A DNA stretch of 64,000 nucleotides from an uncultured Methanosarcinaceae archaeon (GCA_963733675.1 CAVTET010000005.1:1-64000), one strand, 5' to 3'; positions 43,836-56,912 are shown, numbered from the stretch's first letter. Notes: generated by a model from the letters alone, not told the origin. Numbers and translations: made by a program.

Positions 43836-44375
43836 TCTATTTTCTCCTTTCTAAAGCTTATTTATTTCTCTATTAATTTATTACAGACTGAGAAATGGCA
43901 TTAAGATTATTACTGAAAATAAAATCAGCCAAATGACATGGAAGGCCAAATTTTGTCAGCTGTATATAATATGGAGAATAGATAACTCATGAAAATCAGA
44001 GATTTATCAATTATCCATATTTTGTTATAAATAAGGTGCTTATTGGAGGAAAAGTATGTTAAAATATATTGAGTGAGATGAATATAAACGTACAGATATA
44101 ATTATATATATATGCTATACTCTATTTAGAGAAATTATTTACATGTATTCAGTTCTCTATTAATAAGGTGCTCAGGAAAAAAGTTAATAAAGGACAGTAC
44201 ACGAAAAAATGTAAAATAAAAAAGTGTGCATGTGAATTAATACCTGAAACAGACTTTATAAACATCACCTTTAACAACAGAAAAAAATTTTCTGACAAAT
44301 TAAGACGGCAGAGGAATACTAATTTCTAAATGCAAAAGGAAGTTTACTTATACCATTCAGATATCAGGATAAACA

Positions 44376-46856
44376 ATGACTCTCTGGGTCCTAGTCTACG
44401 CTGAAAAATCGAAAATATTAATAATGGCCATAAAGGACCGGAGGAAGCAACCACTTTATATGGCCGAACTCCACGTAAATAGTAGTCATAAAGGACCGAG
44501 ACCTCACAAAATAAGACTCCTAAACGACAAGAAAAAAGAAGAATTTATCCCCCCACAGAAGTTTGTAGAGCTTTTACGCAGTGCAAACAGGATCATGTTT
44601 GCGGAAGGAGGGAATTCTGTAAATGAGGCTAGTTTTCTAGAAATGCTTAAGGGTTTTCAACTCAATGCAGACAGAGTTAAAATCTGCAAACACTGCTGGA
44701 TAAATAAACGTTTCAATTTTACAAATAGTAAGTCTATCAAGTTCCATAATGAACTCATATGTTGGGAATGTGCGAAAGAAGAACTTATGCGAGTAGTCAG
44801 CTCAGCAGATTCACATTACGGAGAAAAATCAGTAAGTTTTCTGGAGAAAGTTCTCTTTAAAACAAAGGATCTGGATAGAACCATAAGAATGCTGAACCCT
44901 GAAAAGCTAGATCCCGAGTTCACCAGGTATGATACTATCAAGACAATTCCTTCTACTACTACATTGAGGGTCGAGGACCTCCCTCTAGAAAAAAATTTTA
45001 AGAATATTCTAAACCAGAAATCAGAAACTCTACTCCCCGTCCAGGCACTGTCTGTAGAAGCCGGGCTTTTGAAAGGAAAAAACCAATTTGTAGTCTCGGC
45101 AACTGCAACTGGGAAAACTCTTATAGGGGAGATGGCAGGAGTCCAAAACCTTTTGGACAAAAAAGGAAAGATGATCTATCTGGTTCCCTTAGTAGCTCTT
45201 GCAAATCAGAAATATGAGCAATTCAAAGAACGCTATTTAAAGCTTGGACTTACTACTTCCATAAAAATTGGTGCAACTCTTATAAAGACATCTACGCGCT
45301 TGAAAATGCAGACCAGTCCGAATGCAGACATACTCATAGGGACTTACGAGGGCGTAGACCATATGCTTCGATCAGGAAACGCCGATTTTTTGGGCAAAAT
45401 AGGAACTGTAGTTGTGGATGAAGTCCATATGCTCGAAGACCAGGAAAGAGGACACAGACTGGACGGGCTGATTGGAAGATTACTTTATGCGGCACCGACA
45501 GCTCAATTTATCTACCTTTCCGCAACCGTTGCGAACCCTGCAGCCTATTCAAAAAAACTTGGAGCTCAGCTTGTCCTTTATGAACACAGACCCGTTCCTA
45601 TCGACAGGCATCTACTTTTCTGCCAGGAAAATGAAAAAGCAAAGCTGATTTCCCAGCTTGCAAAAGAAGAATATTCAATGTTCTCTTCTAAAAATCACAG
45701 GGGACAGACGATTGTCTTTACAAATTCACGTAGAAACTGTCATAGGCTTGCAGGAGCTCTCTCAATCCAAGCAGCTCCCTATCACGCAGGACTTACCCAA
45801 TATGAAAGAAACAAGGTTGAAACTCTCTTTTCAAGAGGACAACTCCCTGTAGTTGTGACAACTGCTGCTCTCGCTGCAGGTGTGGATTTCCCGGCCTCCC
45901 AGGTTATATTTGATACACTCGCAATGGGGATAGAATGGATTTCGGTCCAAGACTTCCTACAAATGAGCGGGAGGGCAGGAAGGCCGGATTACCATGACAG
46001 GGGAATTGTTGTGCTCATACCAGTGCCAGGAAAATCTTATTCAAGTTCCCAACCAGATACAGAAGAAGAAGTCGCAATTAAGCTGCTGCAAGGAGAAATG
46101 CTGTCCATAGGGGTTGAATATGGAGAAGCTGAACAACTTGAAGAAGTTCTTGCATCCGTTGCGGTCACCTCCTCTATCCAGGATCTCAAAAAGATCCACA
46201 GCCTTATGTTCGGAAGCTTCGATCTGGATAAATTGATCTTGCGCCTGCAAAGCTACCGGTTTTTAGAAAAAAAGGGAAACAGGATTACTCTTACTCAACT
46301 AGGGAAAGTTATTGCGGCTCATTTTCTACCTATATCCAAAGCTTTCCTTATTAGGGATGCTGTGCTTGGAGATAATGATTCTCTTAAGATTGCAACAAAC
46401 CTGGAATTTTTCGATGCTGCTTATTTTAAGTATGCAAAACATATCGGAAGCTCCTTGCATGTGAATATGCCTTCAAGGATTTTCCAGGGAGCTACCCTTG
46501 ACATAATCTTTGATGGAGAATCCCTCGACCAGCTTGACACAAAAATTAGGGAGCTCATGTTGAACTTTGCTTCGGACTTTTTAACATGTGCCTGCAAGGA
46601 CTCGCCTTATTGCGGTTGCGCAGAACAGAAATTTTCGGAAAAAATAATCCGGCTGCGTACTGAAGAACTGGATCCGTCACAAATCATAAAAAAACTTGAA
46701 GATAATTACGGAATTTCCGCATACCAGGGCGATATTTTTGGATACCTTGACAATGCAGTGCGTAACCTTGATGCTGTGGAACTGATAGCAAAAGTGTACT
46801 CAAAAAGGAAAGTTGCAGAAGAAGCAAAGAAGCTTAAAAAGAAGATCCAGGGTTGA
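44376..46856 (+). CDS. Archaeal SF2 DExH-box helicase (Ski2-like)
   Basis: ATATGKT, DEVH, SAT, QMSGRAGR; C-terminal Cys cluster. Confidence 0.9.
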   Translation: MTLWVLVYAEKSKILIMAIKDRRKQPLYMAELHVNSSHKGPRPHKIRLLNDKKKEEFIPPQKFVELLRSANRIMFAEGGNSVNEASFLEMLKGFQLNADRVKICKHCWINKRFNFTNSKSIKFHNELICWECAKEELMRVVSSADSHYGEKSVSFLEKVLFKTKDLDRTIRMLNPEKLDPEFTRYDTIKTIPSTTTLRVEDLPLEKNFKNILNQKSETLLPVQALSVEAGLLKGKNQFVVSATATGKTLIGEMAGVQNLLDKKGKMIYLVPLVALANQKYEQFKERYLKLGLTTSIKIGATLIKTSTRLKMQTSPNADILIGTYEGVDHMLRSGNADFLGKIGTVVVDEVHMLEDQERGHRLDGLIGRLLYAAPTAQFIYLSATVANPAAYSKKLGAQLVLYEHRPVPIDRHLLFCQENEKAKLISQLAKEEYSMFSSKNHRGQTIVFTNSRRNCHRLAGALSIQAAPYHAGLTQYERNKVETLFSRGQLPVVVTTAALAAGVDFPASQVIFDTLAMGIEWISVQDFLQMSGRAGRPDYHDRGIVVLIPVPGKSYSSSQPDTEEEVAIKLLQGEMLSIGVEYGEAEQLEEVLASVAVTSSIQDLKKIHSLMFGSFDLDKLILRLQSYRFLEKKGNRITLTQLGKVIAAHFLPISKAFLIRDAVLGDNDSLKIATNLEFFDAAYFKYAKHIGSSLHVNMPSRIFQGATLDIIFDGESLDQLDTKIRELMLNFASDFLTCACKDSPYCGCAEQKFSEKIIRLRTEELDPSQIIKKLEDNYGISAYQGDIFGYLDNAVRNLDAVELIAKVYSKRKVAEEAKKLKKKIQG

Positions 46857-47632
46857 AAAACAATAAACTTCTTTGTAGACACTTTTTTGAAGTACCACCC
46901 CACCCCTTATCTGTAACTATTCAATCAATATAAAAACACCAACAACAATTTTTCAAGATTCAATGGCCACATTTTTGAGTTAATTTTGTTAAATTTCAGA
47001 GAATTGAGAGAATCTCTACCCATTTGAGAGTTCGGGAATTTAAATTTATTTGTATTAACTTATATTCAGAATAATTTTTGATGATTTTTCTATTAAAGAA
47101 GAAACAAAAGTCTTCAGTAAGTTGGAGACAAACCTACTGAAATTGGTTCCTTAATTGATTGTAATTATTTTTCAGTGACTATCAACCTGACAAAAAATTG
47201 CAATAGCGATCTTTACTAAAATTAACTGAGCAAAATATCTGATGGCTTATTTTATACAACTGTTAGCTATTGATCACTCTATCATTTTTCCTTAAATCAA
47301 AAATAAGAAGTATCCTCACACTTTCCACAAACGTACACAAGAATATTATCTATTTTTTCAAGATGACAAAAGTTTAAAAATTAAAATAATTTTCAATGAA
47401 TTATGGTTGGCAAATGTGTAAACAAATTCTACACCTGTGTGCACCAACAAAATTTTGAAACGATAGCAAGGGAATATATAGAATTAAACTGATTTTTGCT
47501 AAGCTGAATTATTATGTCCTTTTTACGTAAATAAGATTGGTTAAAATAAGAAAAGAACTGCTGTGATCTACAACAGCCAGGTTTTAGCCTTTATTCAGAT
47601 AGAAGTATTTCAAATCTTATGGCTATCAGTAC

Positions 47633-49111
47633 TTATATTCTGCATATTTCACTCTTTTTGAGCCAGTCAATATCGGATTGGTAAAGAAGCCTCAGGTCTT
47701 TAAGTCCTAATTTAAGCATTGCGAGTCTGCTGACCCCTAATCCCCAGGCAAGAACTGGTTCTTTGATCCTGAAAGGTTCAGTGACCTCTTTTCTGAAAAC
47801 CCCTGCGCCTCCAAGTTCAACCCAGCCGAGGTCGTCTACATAAACCTCTGGTTCCACACTCGGCTCGGTATATGGAAAATATCCCGGACGGAAGCGAACA
47901 TCCTCGAATCCCATCCTATGATAGAATTCTGTCAGCAGCCCGAGCAAGTCTGCAAAGGACATTTCTTTATCCATAACAACTCCTTCAAGCTGCTCGAATT
48001 CAGGAGTATGGGTAGAGTCAATTGTTTCCCTGCGGTAAGCTCTATCAATGCAGAAGACCTTTACCGGAGGTTCTGGATTGTCAGCAAGATATTTGATAGT
48101 GATTGCAGTTGTATGGGTCCTCAGAACATTGCGTCTGGCAAGATCCCTATCCCAGATACCATCCCACCCACATGAATCAATATCTCCGCCGCACTCATGC
48201 ATTGCAGCTACTTTTTCTGAATATTCAGCTGGGAGCTGACAGTTACTAGCCAGATGGAAGGTATCCTGCATGTCTCTTGCTGGGTGGTCCTGGGGCTGGA
48301 AAAGGGCATCGAAGTTCCAGAAAGAACTTTGAATGATTTCGCCCTTGATCTCAGTGAAGCCCATTTCCAGGAAAATCTGGCGCATCTTTTCTATAAGGCG
48401 CCTATAAGGGTGTATCTTAGCCCCATAGAGAGGGATAGGAGTCATATCAAGCCGATAGGACTTAAATTTTTTTCCTTTCCAAGATCCACTCTTAAGTAAT
48501 TCGGATGTGATCTGGGCAATTTCCTCTTCGAGGATAATACCCTTAGCTGCGAGAGCACTTCCCATAGAAGTTATGGAAACAGTCCTGAATTTTTCCTCGT
48601 GCTTTGTGACAAGTTTGCGCTTGAGAAGGTCTTTTACTGCTCCTTCACCGTCCACAAGTTCTCCGATAATTTGTACTTTGTTTTTAAAAGCTGTAAGGGC
48701 TTCTTCATCTTTTCCAGCCTCAGCTTTTCCAGATGGCACCATTAGTCCGTTTTCAACTTTTGCCCACCCCTTTTTTACGATCCATCCGACTGCAATACCT
48801 ACCATCTGCGGAGAAAAGTAGCTTTTTAATTCTTCAAGAGAAGTAGGGGCTTTTAGGATGTCAATAATCTGGCGCTCTGGAAGCCCATTTTTTGTGTATT
48901 CTTCTCCTTCTTTTGTAAGGAAGTAACTTTCAAGCACCTTTTCGGAAACTGAAACCAATCCCTTTTCCGCAAGCATGAAAGCTGCCTGCATTGCCGCATC
49001 TACCTGAAGCCCTGATTTTTCCTCTAGGTCTTCAGGTACTGTAGACCTTAGTTTCTCAAGAGCAAGCAATACTTTTTTCTCGTTAGTTGTGAGATTTTCC
49101 TGAAAACTCAT
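47633..49111 (-). CDS. pheS: Phenylalanine-tRNA ligase alpha subunit
   Basis: [33 protein letters not shown]. Confidence 0.97.
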   Translation of the reverse strand: MSFQENLTTNEKKVLLALEKLRSTVPEDLEEKSGLQVDAAMQAAFMLAEKGLVSVSEKVLESYFLTKEGEEYTKNGLPERQIIDILKAPTSLEELKSYFSPQMVGIAVGWIVKKGWAKVENGLMVPSGKAEAGKDEEALTAFKNKVQIIGELVDGEGAVKDLLKRKLVTKHEEKFRTVSITSMGSALAAKGIILEEEIAQITSELLKSGSWKGKKFKSYRLDMTPIPLYGAKIHPYRRLIEKMRQIFLEMGFTEIKGEIIQSSFWNFDALFQPQDHPARDMQDTFHLASNCQLPAEYSEKVAAMHECGGDIDSCGWDGIWDRDLARRNVLRTHTTAITIKYLADNPEPPVKVFCIDRAYRRETIDSTHTPEFEQLEGVVMDKEMSFADLLGLLTEFYHRMGFEDVRFRPGYFPYTEPSVEPEVYVDDLGWVELGGAGVFRKEVTEPFRIKEPVLAWGLGVSRLAMLKLGLKDLRLLYQSDIDWLKKSEICRI

Positions 49112-49182
49112 TCGTGATCACATTCTTATAGTCTAAAAATATTGGAACTTTGAGATTACAAGCATTATATTTAATTAGAAAT

Positions 49183-50673
49183 TTAGTTTTTGTATATGAT
49201 ATTATATTCATCGAGGTGTTCACGCGCAAGTTCCCGCTTTTCCCAATGATCCTTTAATAGCTCATATATCTTTTCTGCTGCAAATTGCTTGCATGAGCCG
49301 CACATCCTCGTTCCTGAGATGCATTCCTGTTTGACCTCTAGCAATTCGTTATCATCTTCAAGCAGATGAAAGAGCATGAGTTCGAAAACTGAGCATTCTT
49401 CAGGATTTCCACCTTTTTTTTTCTGTTCTTCGAGAGTCACACAGCCTCCAGTCTTTGCTTTCTTCACTTTTTTTGCCCCTTCCTTGGGATCATCAGTGAG
49501 AGCTATATAGCTGTCTGGAACGCTGCTAGACATTTTACCACCCTGGAGACCACTCATGAATAGGTGGTAAGTAGAAGCAGGAGGAATGAAAGCATAGCCT
49601 CCAAATTCGGTAGCCACCTCGCTTACAATTTCGTTTAACAACCTTCTGAAAAGCTTCGATATTTGTTTTTGAACTAAATGTTTTTCGTAGTAAATGAATG
49701 TATAAGGGCTAATTTCATTAATAAAGACTGCCACTTCTTCAATTTTATTTAAATAATACTTTCGCCGATCTCGTTGACTAATTTCTAAACCAAATTTCTC
49801 TAGCAATGAGAAATCAGGGACCTCGAGTACATCTAGGTGCTCTTCATATAGCTTTATTTTACACGGGATACGAGTATTGAGCTCCTTTAAAGCCTCTTTA
49901 GATGCACTCTTTCCACGGATACTCAGATATTTTCTACCTATCTTTGCATCTTCCCGTTCTTCCACTCTAAACATATTCATCTTGCCTGCAAGCCCTCGAG
50001 TTAGCCTAATGTGAGGGTCCTGGTCAGGCCCGACAGGAATTACAACTGGTTTTGGCCCTCCGAACTCTTCGAGCTGGGGTTGAAGAATATCTGCAGCCTG
50101 GGTTGTTACACTTAACATATGCGAGAGGTTCGTTTCTCCTGAAAAACCATAAATAGCCCCTAGTTCCGAGAAATTAACCTTAACCCCAAGTTCAAATGCC
50201 AGATCCTTAACGCTGTTGCAACCTGACTGGAAGTAAATTAGTCCGTCTGGCTTGAAACCGAGAGCAATAAGACTTAATATATATTCTTCTAACCCTATTT
50301 TACTACATTTCTGCCAGGGAAAACCACGCACTGAAAATGCTTCCCTGTCCGCAATTCCAACAAAAGCACTAGCTCCCTTTTCCTGGTGCCAGATTATCTG
50401 GTCCATAACCATTTTGTGTCCCAAGTGAACTTTTCCTGAGGGCATAAAACCGTCCATGACCGAAAATGGAGCATCTGTACGCATTGCTTCTACAATTTGT
50501 TCGTAATCACGGTGACCGAAGATAACTTTCCTACTCATGTACTTGTGTGGGCAAGGAACTTCTGGAAGCAGGTTTTCAAAAGGAGAAATCCCGAATTCTT
50601 CGAATAACTTGGAATAGTCAGCGATGTCGCTTGAATTCCACGGATCAATTTTAGTATTCATGAAATACCTCAT
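49183..50673 (-). CDS. trpS: Tryptophan-tRNA ligase
   Basis: [21 protein letters not shown]. Confidence 0.95.
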   Translation of the reverse strand: MRYFMNTKIDPWNSSDIADYSKLFEEFGISPFENLLPEVPCPHKYMSRKVIFGHRDYEQIVEAMRTDAPFSVMDGFMPSGKVHLGHKMVMDQIIWHQEKGASAFVGIADREAFSVRGFPWQKCSKIGLEEYILSLIALGFKPDGLIYFQSGCNSVKDLAFELGVKVNFSELGAIYGFSGETNLSHMLSVTTQAADILQPQLEEFGGPKPVVIPVGPDQDPHIRLTRGLAGKMNMFRVEEREDAKIGRKYLSIRGKSASKEALKELNTRIPCKIKLYEEHLDVLEVPDFSLLEKFGLEISQRDRRKYYLNKIEEVAVFINEISPYTFIYYEKHLVQKQISKLFRRLLNEIVSEVATEFGGYAFIPPASTYHLFMSGLQGGKMSSSVPDSYIALTDDPKEGAKKVKKAKTGGCVTLEEQKKKGGNPEECSVFELMLFHLLEDDNELLEVKQECISGTRMCGSCKQFAAEKIYELLKDHWEKRELAREHLDEYNIIYKN

Positions 50674-51010
50674 TGCTGCCTTTTGGTGGAATGCCTTCTT
50701 AAGGCAGCTTTCTCTTGTTGAACATAGTTGGGGATATAAAAGTCATTCCAGCAAAATTGCTCTTTAAAAATACCTGCTCATATGTAAATGTTTATCCTCT
50801 GGAACACAAGTCCCGATATCAACACTCAATTAATTCTCAATCATCGAATTTAAACTTGGGTCATTTATTCCAGTATGTTGTCTTGAATGCAAAACTGAAG
50901 AATATAGCTCTCAAAGTAAAAATTAGCATTTCAAAAACTTAGAAAAATGGACTTGTCATCAAGGATATGCATCTCTCCACTATAGTAAACTCAGCAATTA
51001 ATTGCAGAAG

Positions 51011-51270
51011 ATTTCGACAAACCCTTAAATTTAGTCATTTGCTGATAAATGATATATAAAAGGCTTATAAAAATCAAAGGTTTATCGAAATCGCATATAA
51101 AATAATGTTTAATAGGTGATGTATTTTCTTTAATTCCTTTTCCAAGTTTTTTGAAAATATTTATTAGATTGTCAGATATTCTATAGAAAATTTCGATAAA
51201 CCTCTAATTTCAACAAATTGTATATATAGGCTTTACAAACAACCAGCAGAAAATTGAGGTTTATCTAAAT
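51011..51270. repeat. Two 81-bp units, each bounded by 13-15-bp inverted repeats
   Basis: 51011-51091 atttcgacaaacc...ggtttatcgaaat; 51190-51270 atttcgataaacctc...gaggtttatctaaat. Confidence 0.65.
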
Positions 51271-51769
51271 CCTTTTAAGTTTTGATATTGTTGCTGGGCC
51301 AACCAGAAAAATTAAAATGATTATGAAAGTTATACTGCTCAAGGGGTAGGTGGTATCGCATACTTGATGCAAATTCCAAGTTGAATCTCTGGATACTATA
51401 TGTTTTTTGTTTATTCCGAAGTGTATTTAACCTACTCATAACTTTTTTGAGCATATGATTTAGCAGAAAAATCAACACACTTCCTACAGTCCTAATAGTG
51501 CACTAATCCAGACAGCACGATCTCTGGAAACCATCTGGATTTTACTGAGGTTCTGGGTTTTAAAGTTGTCTGCCTTGAAGCAAAATCGATGCTATAACCC
51601 CTAATTGCAGCTGAAAAGCTTTATTGAAAACAGAATCTTGAAAAAAAAGAGGGAATACAAAAATTCAATTCCGATATCTTGGAAAGGAGCTTAGTATTAA
51701 TAAATTGAAGAAATTTGTAAATTGTAAAAACTTTCAGAAATTTACTATTGATATAACAAAAATTTGGTT

Positions 51770-51847
51770 TGGTGCTCCGGCCGGGATTCGAACCCGAGTC
51801 TTCGGCTCGAAAGGCCGGAATGATTGGCCGGACTACACTACCGGAGC
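51770..51847 (-). tRNA. tRNA-Glu (TTC), CCA encoded
   Basis: GCTCCGG acceptor stem, anticodon loop CTTTCGA, GGTTCGAATCC T-arm, ACCA end; TATA box at 51889-51896. Confidence 0.97.
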
Positions 51848-52445
51848 ACGTTGCATCTTGCAGCGAGACCTTCATTATATGTTTGCAATATATAAATCTA
51901 TCCATCATAAAGTTATTTTTATTGATTTTACTACTCAGAGAGAATTTTATAAAAATAGTCTCCAGAGTAAATTATTGTACTTTTTTATAGTTTTATTTGA
52001 CTTGTCAGTAACTCAAGCCAATGCATTATAATAATTCGACTCTATGCTTCTGCTAGGATAAAAATCCGAATTTTCAGTTTTAAAGGCTAGAATAATCGGG
52101 GTGGACTACAATAAATCTTTTTGTTATTTGCATTTTTAACCTTGTTTAAGGGTATTCTTTAATAAGGAATAAATTTATAAGCAGTTATGGGCGTTCGATT
52201 TTCTAACTATATGTTGTTTTTATACAGTTATTAACTATTTGTGACTATTCAGCCTGGAAAAAACAATACCAATATTCATCTTTACCAAGATTCACTGAGC
52301 TAATACAGTAGGGTGTATTTTATTTAACTGTTGGCTATTGAAGTTATTTTGTAGTTATCAATCAGTTAGTAATCAGAAGCATTAAATTATATCAAAATAG
52401 ATATCATTAACTGATTTTCTGTAAGCTGAATGTTTAAAGACTTTT

Positions 52446-52850
52446 TCAGATGTTTTCTCCAACTTCGCCAATATTTTCAAAAATCGGTTCTATTTCATCG
52501 ATTTCTTCCGATTTTCTAGCTTCTTCTTCCATTAGTTTTCCTATCCATTCGCTTAACCTCCCACAGTATTCGGGCTCGCAGTCACAGGTACAGCCAGTGC
52601 AAGCTGAAAACATTTTCCCTGCAAGTAGGAGGTCATATTTCTCCTTAATCTCTTCTTTTGCTTTCAAGAGGTATGTTCTTGCCCCATTCGAGACACCGAC
52701 TTCACGGATAATAAGATCTTTATCCAGAAGCTTTTTTATGATTCTGGAACATTTTCTGCTGTCTATTTGCAGCTCTTTCCAGATGACATTCTGGAAAACT
52801 CCTTCCGTGTGTTTTTTTATGATATTATATGTTTCTTCTTCAAGATCCAT
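52446..52850 (-). CDS. wHTH + Cys-cluster protein, RPC34/TFE-beta-like
   Basis: wHTH then CTGCTCDCEPEYC..L..W; next to the Lsm gene, as known for archaeal C34 homologs. Confidence 0.7.
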   Translation of the reverse strand: MDLEEETYNIIKKHTEGVFQNVIWKELQIDSRKCSRIIKKLLDKDLIIREVGVSNGARTYLLKAKEEIKEKYDLLLAGKMFSACTGCTCDCEPEYCGRLSEWIGKLMEEEARKSEEIDEIEPIFENIGEVGENI

Positions 52851-52883
52851 GATTCCACACTTAATTTTATTCCTTGTGAAGTT

Positions 52884-53108
52884 TTATTCTTCTACAGGAG
52901 TAATCAGTATGATGTTATTGCCCCGAAGCACAACAGAACCAAGGGAGCGAACTTTTTCTCCTTTTACAATTTCCATGGTGTCCAATAGATGCAGGTTCAT
53001 ATAATCATCAACACTCTTAAGAGTACCTTCAAGCAGATTAAAATCGCCTTTCATTTCTACCTGGATCCTGGATCCAACAATTTTCTGAACTTTTTTATTT
53101 GGGAACAA
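52884..53108 (-). CDS. Sm-like archaeal protein (Lsm/SmAP)
   Basis: GTLKSVDDYMNLHL, VLRGNNI. Confidence 0.95.
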   Translation of the reverse strand: MFPNKKVQKIVGSRIQVEMKGDFNLLEGTLKSVDDYMNLHLLDTMEIVKGEKVRSLGSVVLRGNNIILITPVEE

Positions 53109-53438
53109 ATTTAAACCCTCACTTAGTTATTCCTGGTTCCCGTACTCTCGGGTTCCTGCTTTTCACATTCCAAAGCTAGTGCGAGCAAACCTTATCAGAA
53201 TAATATACACTATTTTTAGCATGGTGCCCCTATCAAAGGCTCCTACAAGCAACTGAAAATTACTCTGAATCTTCACTTCACCGACTTTGAGGAAAACTAA
53301 AAATTACATACCCTTTACAGAGATATATAACCATCGATATCCATAGGTCCTTAAATATCTGTCAGTTCAAGTAGCTCTATTCAAAAATGAGATATCAAAC
53401 ATCAAGGCGTAGAAGCAACTATTGTATCTTTTATCCTA

Positions 53439-53837
53439 TCAGATGTAACCCTTAATTTCCGTAGATTCGTCACCATACTTTGTAGATTCTTTACTCGATA
53501 CTTGAATCGCTCTTGCGATGGGTCCAAAGACAGATTCGTATTCATTAATATGCTGAGTAAGCCAACGATTAAGTTCAAGAGCAGCAACAGGAGAGAGAAT
53601 TACTTCAGTTTCAACACGCCTTTCAACAATCCTAGAATCTGGAACATCCCCAAACATCTTTGGAGTATCATTGTAAAAACCAATCCTGAAATCATATGGA
53701 CTATGCCCGCCTGCAGCTCCTATGGCATATATCTGCTTGAAACATTCAGCTTTCACAAATTCAATTATAATACCTTTTTTATCATTTTTGAAATCTGCGT
53801 TTTCGATATTTTTTCTGGACTCTGAATCCTCGGCCAT
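53439..53837 (-). CDS. Conserved hypothetical protein (DUF3467-like)
   Basis: YAIGAAGGHSPYDFRIGFY...VILSP. Confidence 0.65.
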   Translation of the reverse strand: MAEDSESRKNIENADFKNDKKGIIIEFVKAECFKQIYAIGAAGGHSPYDFRIGFYNDTPKMFGDVPDSRIVERRVETEVILSPVAALELNRWLTQHINEYESVFGPIARAIQVSSKESTKYGDESTEIKGYI

Positions 53838-54716
53838 AAAATTACCTCTATATTTTGCTCTAAAAACTATTTCTTAGATTAAGCTCTAATCTCATATAAT
53901 ATCCAAGATATCTGGTTTTCATGCTTGAATGTATGAGCCGAACTATAAGTTGAGATATAATTAATCATCTACGATTTATGCGGTTGCACTTTTTGCTATT
54001 TTTATACTGGTAAATTTCGTTATAAAAGGCTTTCCATATTTCAAAATGATCATTCATCTCCGAATTTCACTTGTTTTATTTGTTGTTTTTATGCAATGAT
54101 CAGATTAAAACATCGATAGATTATGTGGTAACACTTTATTGTTATCTCGTGTACTATTTTACTAGCTTAATTGTGAGTACACTTTTATAATTAATTGAAC
54201 AAAAACAAAGATTACGGATATAAGCAAAGAGAAATTGTCTCTACATAGCTTGAAGAAGAAAGGAGACAAAAACAAGAATTATCCATGTTTCATACTTGGT
54301 TCAATCACCACAATCAGAATTGGAGCTATTGGAATAGACATCCCACAGATGAACACATATGCACATAGATGTATAATTCTATTTATCTGTTTGACTACTA
54401 TTATCTATTGGTCATCGGTTAAGGAATTTTCCTGCCTGATAGTCTCGAGTTCAAGGCAAAAATTAATCACAAGTTTTGATCACTTAAATTGAAATCAGTA
54501 TAAATATTTCAACTTTACATTATGAGTAATTTGAAAAGTTTGAAAATCGATGTAATTTAGCACGATTCCTCACTTAAACAATGATGTATGAAATTCAATT
54601 AGACATTAACCTTATATGATGGTACTTTATCCTAGCTGTGGGACCAAATTTAATTTGAAGGCATTCTCTAATAAATGAACAATATTTATATATGGCTAAA
54701 GTACATTTAAATTTCA

Positions 54717-55148
54717 ATGCTTATTTTTGGACATATTGGCGTCACATTGGGAATATTTTTTGGAGTTTTATTTCTCATACCACAATTACAGACTATTATA
54801 GATCCAACGTATCTGGTCATCGGATCGCTTCTGCCAGACTTAATAGACAAACCTCTAGGAATAATTATATATTCGTCTACCATTGCAAACGGACGGACGA
54901 TAGCTCATACATTGCTCTTTTCTGTTACCCTCTTTCTGACAGGTTTATACTTATGCGATAAAAGAGGAGATACCAAAATCCTTACCCTTGCATCATGTTC
55001 TATATTTCATCTTATGGAGGACCAGATGTGGGCATCGCCTAGAACTTTATTTTGGCCTTTTCTAGGATGGCGTTTCTGCAAAAATCCGCATCATACTGGA
55101 CTAAAATACTTATTAATGCTTTTTAAAAGATCTTTTAGAAATTTATAA
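54717..55148 (+). CDS. Membrane metal-dependent hydrolase (YdjM-like), possibly 3' truncated
   Basis: GHIG, GSLLPDLIDK, HTLLF, HLMED. Confidence 0.75.
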   Translation: MLIFGHIGVTLGIFFGVLFLIPQLQTIIDPTYLVIGSLLPDLIDKPLGIIIYSSTIANGRTIAHTLLFSVTLFLTGLYLCDKRGDTKILTLASCSIFHLMEDQMWASPRTLFWPFLGWRFCKNPHHTGLKYLLMLFKRSFRNL

Positions 55149-55425
55149 AAAGACTATACCTCTCGTTTGCCATCAGACAATATATTTGAAGTACATATTT
55201 GAATACTATATATAGCGATTTTATAACATAATTCTTAGATGTATGAAAAAAAATAACGCTATTTGACGTTTTGTACCTTAACCGCATCAGCAGTGCACCG
55301 AAAGTTCTGTAAATTCGGAATTACTTCGTATCCTTTTTTTCACCACAAAAAATAGCATTTATCTTTTTTACTAATGTATATGTTTTGACAAATACATTAA
55401 ATTAGCTGCATAGGTATTTGTTCGG

Positions 55426-56722
55426 TTGCGATCTCAAATGAAAGTTAATGAGTTAGAGAATGACAAAACAATTAAGGATTGGCTTTCCGGAATCAAGGCA
55501 GCTGATGAAACAAGAAAAGGGTATCTGCAATCAATGCAGCAATTTACTGAGTTCACCCATAAAACTCAATTGCAGCTTATAGAAGAAGCTGAAACAGAGA
55601 TGCAGGCTGGACTCCTGATGCGTGAGAGAAATATAACCAGTTATCTCCGAGAGTTTAGAGAACAATTAGAGAGAAAAGATATCGCTCCACTGACTATTAA
55701 AGGTAGAATGACAGGAGTATGCTCGTTTTATAGATTGTATAATATTCAGTTGCCAGTACTCCCAAAAGGCACAACAAATGCGAGACCAGAATTAAAAAGA
55801 AAGAAAATACCAACTAAAGATGATATAAGAAAAATTCTTAATGTTTGTGATCCCCTTGAGCGTGCTCTTGTGCTAGTGGGTGTTAGTAGTGGATTAAGTG
55901 CTGTGGACTCTCTAATCTGAGAGTCAGTGATTTCGTAGATGGTTATGATCCCCAAACAGGCATAACAACGCTACACCTAGTCAGGAAAAAGAAAAATTAT
56001 GAGTTCTACACATTTTTATCTCCCGAAGCTTCAAAAGCAATTCAGGATTATCTTAACTGGCGAAATAGGGAGCCTAATTATAAAAGCGTAGTAAGAGAGA
56101 AACAACTTGAAAAACAACATGTCACTACTAAAGAAGGATATCTGTTTGTCACCAGAACTGTGCCTTCTGAATATCTAACAGCTAAGAAAACAAAGGATAA
56201 AGAAGATCTAAGAAAGCTAAGTAAAGGAACGATAATATCTATTTATCAGAGACTGAATGAAGAAGCTCAGACAAATTCAGAGAGTGGTGAATACAATATA
56301 AACAGATCACATAATATGAGGAGATTCTTTAATACCACGTTACTCAATGAACGTGCCAGTATATCTTACTAGGACATCAATTGGACGCGACACATGAAGC
56401 ATATTATAGAGCGTCCCCTAAGAAGTTGAAAAAAGAGTATGCAAAATATATCTCATATCTAACTATTGAAAAGTCAATAGATCCTACTGAGCACCCCGCT
56501 TTCATTCAAATGAAGGACGATAAAGATGCATACAAGCGAATTACTGACATTATGACCCAGGAGAGAAGAGACGAAAGATCAGAACTGCAAGAACTCAGGG
56601 CAGAAATTGAAAGAATAAAAAAAATTAATGAAGACACAGCCGAGTTCCAACAGAGGATTCTCAACTTTAAAGATCCAATGGTATTGGAGCAATTAAGAAA
56701 ATTATTGAATGAAAATCAGTAG
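55426..56722 (+). pseudogene. int: Tyrosine recombinase/integrase, two frameshifts
   Basis: SAM-like N-terminus; SSGLSAVD, SHNMRRFF, LLGHQLD, AYY across three ORF pieces; breaks near 55908 and 56362. Confidence 0.85.
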
Positions 56723-56912
56723 TTTATAAAATTTATAGTATTATTTTCTTTTGTATGCAGATCTAGCAATAGATTTTTCTTTTGTTCCCCTTTTGTTACC
56801 AAAGTTGTTTTGAAAAATGTTTGTTAAGACTCCTTCTTTTATTTTATTGTAGCTGAATTTTCAGTTATTAGTATAGCTGAATTTTTCAGCTTAAATTTAG
56901 GAGAAATTTTCA

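Noticed and set aside
51621-52031. ORFs overlapping the tRNA
   Set aside because: Spurious frames across a clear tRNA gene
51770-55426. tRNA-Glu as attachment site of the integrase element
   Set aside because: Core genes lie between them and I saw no duplicated tRNA 3' end in the window
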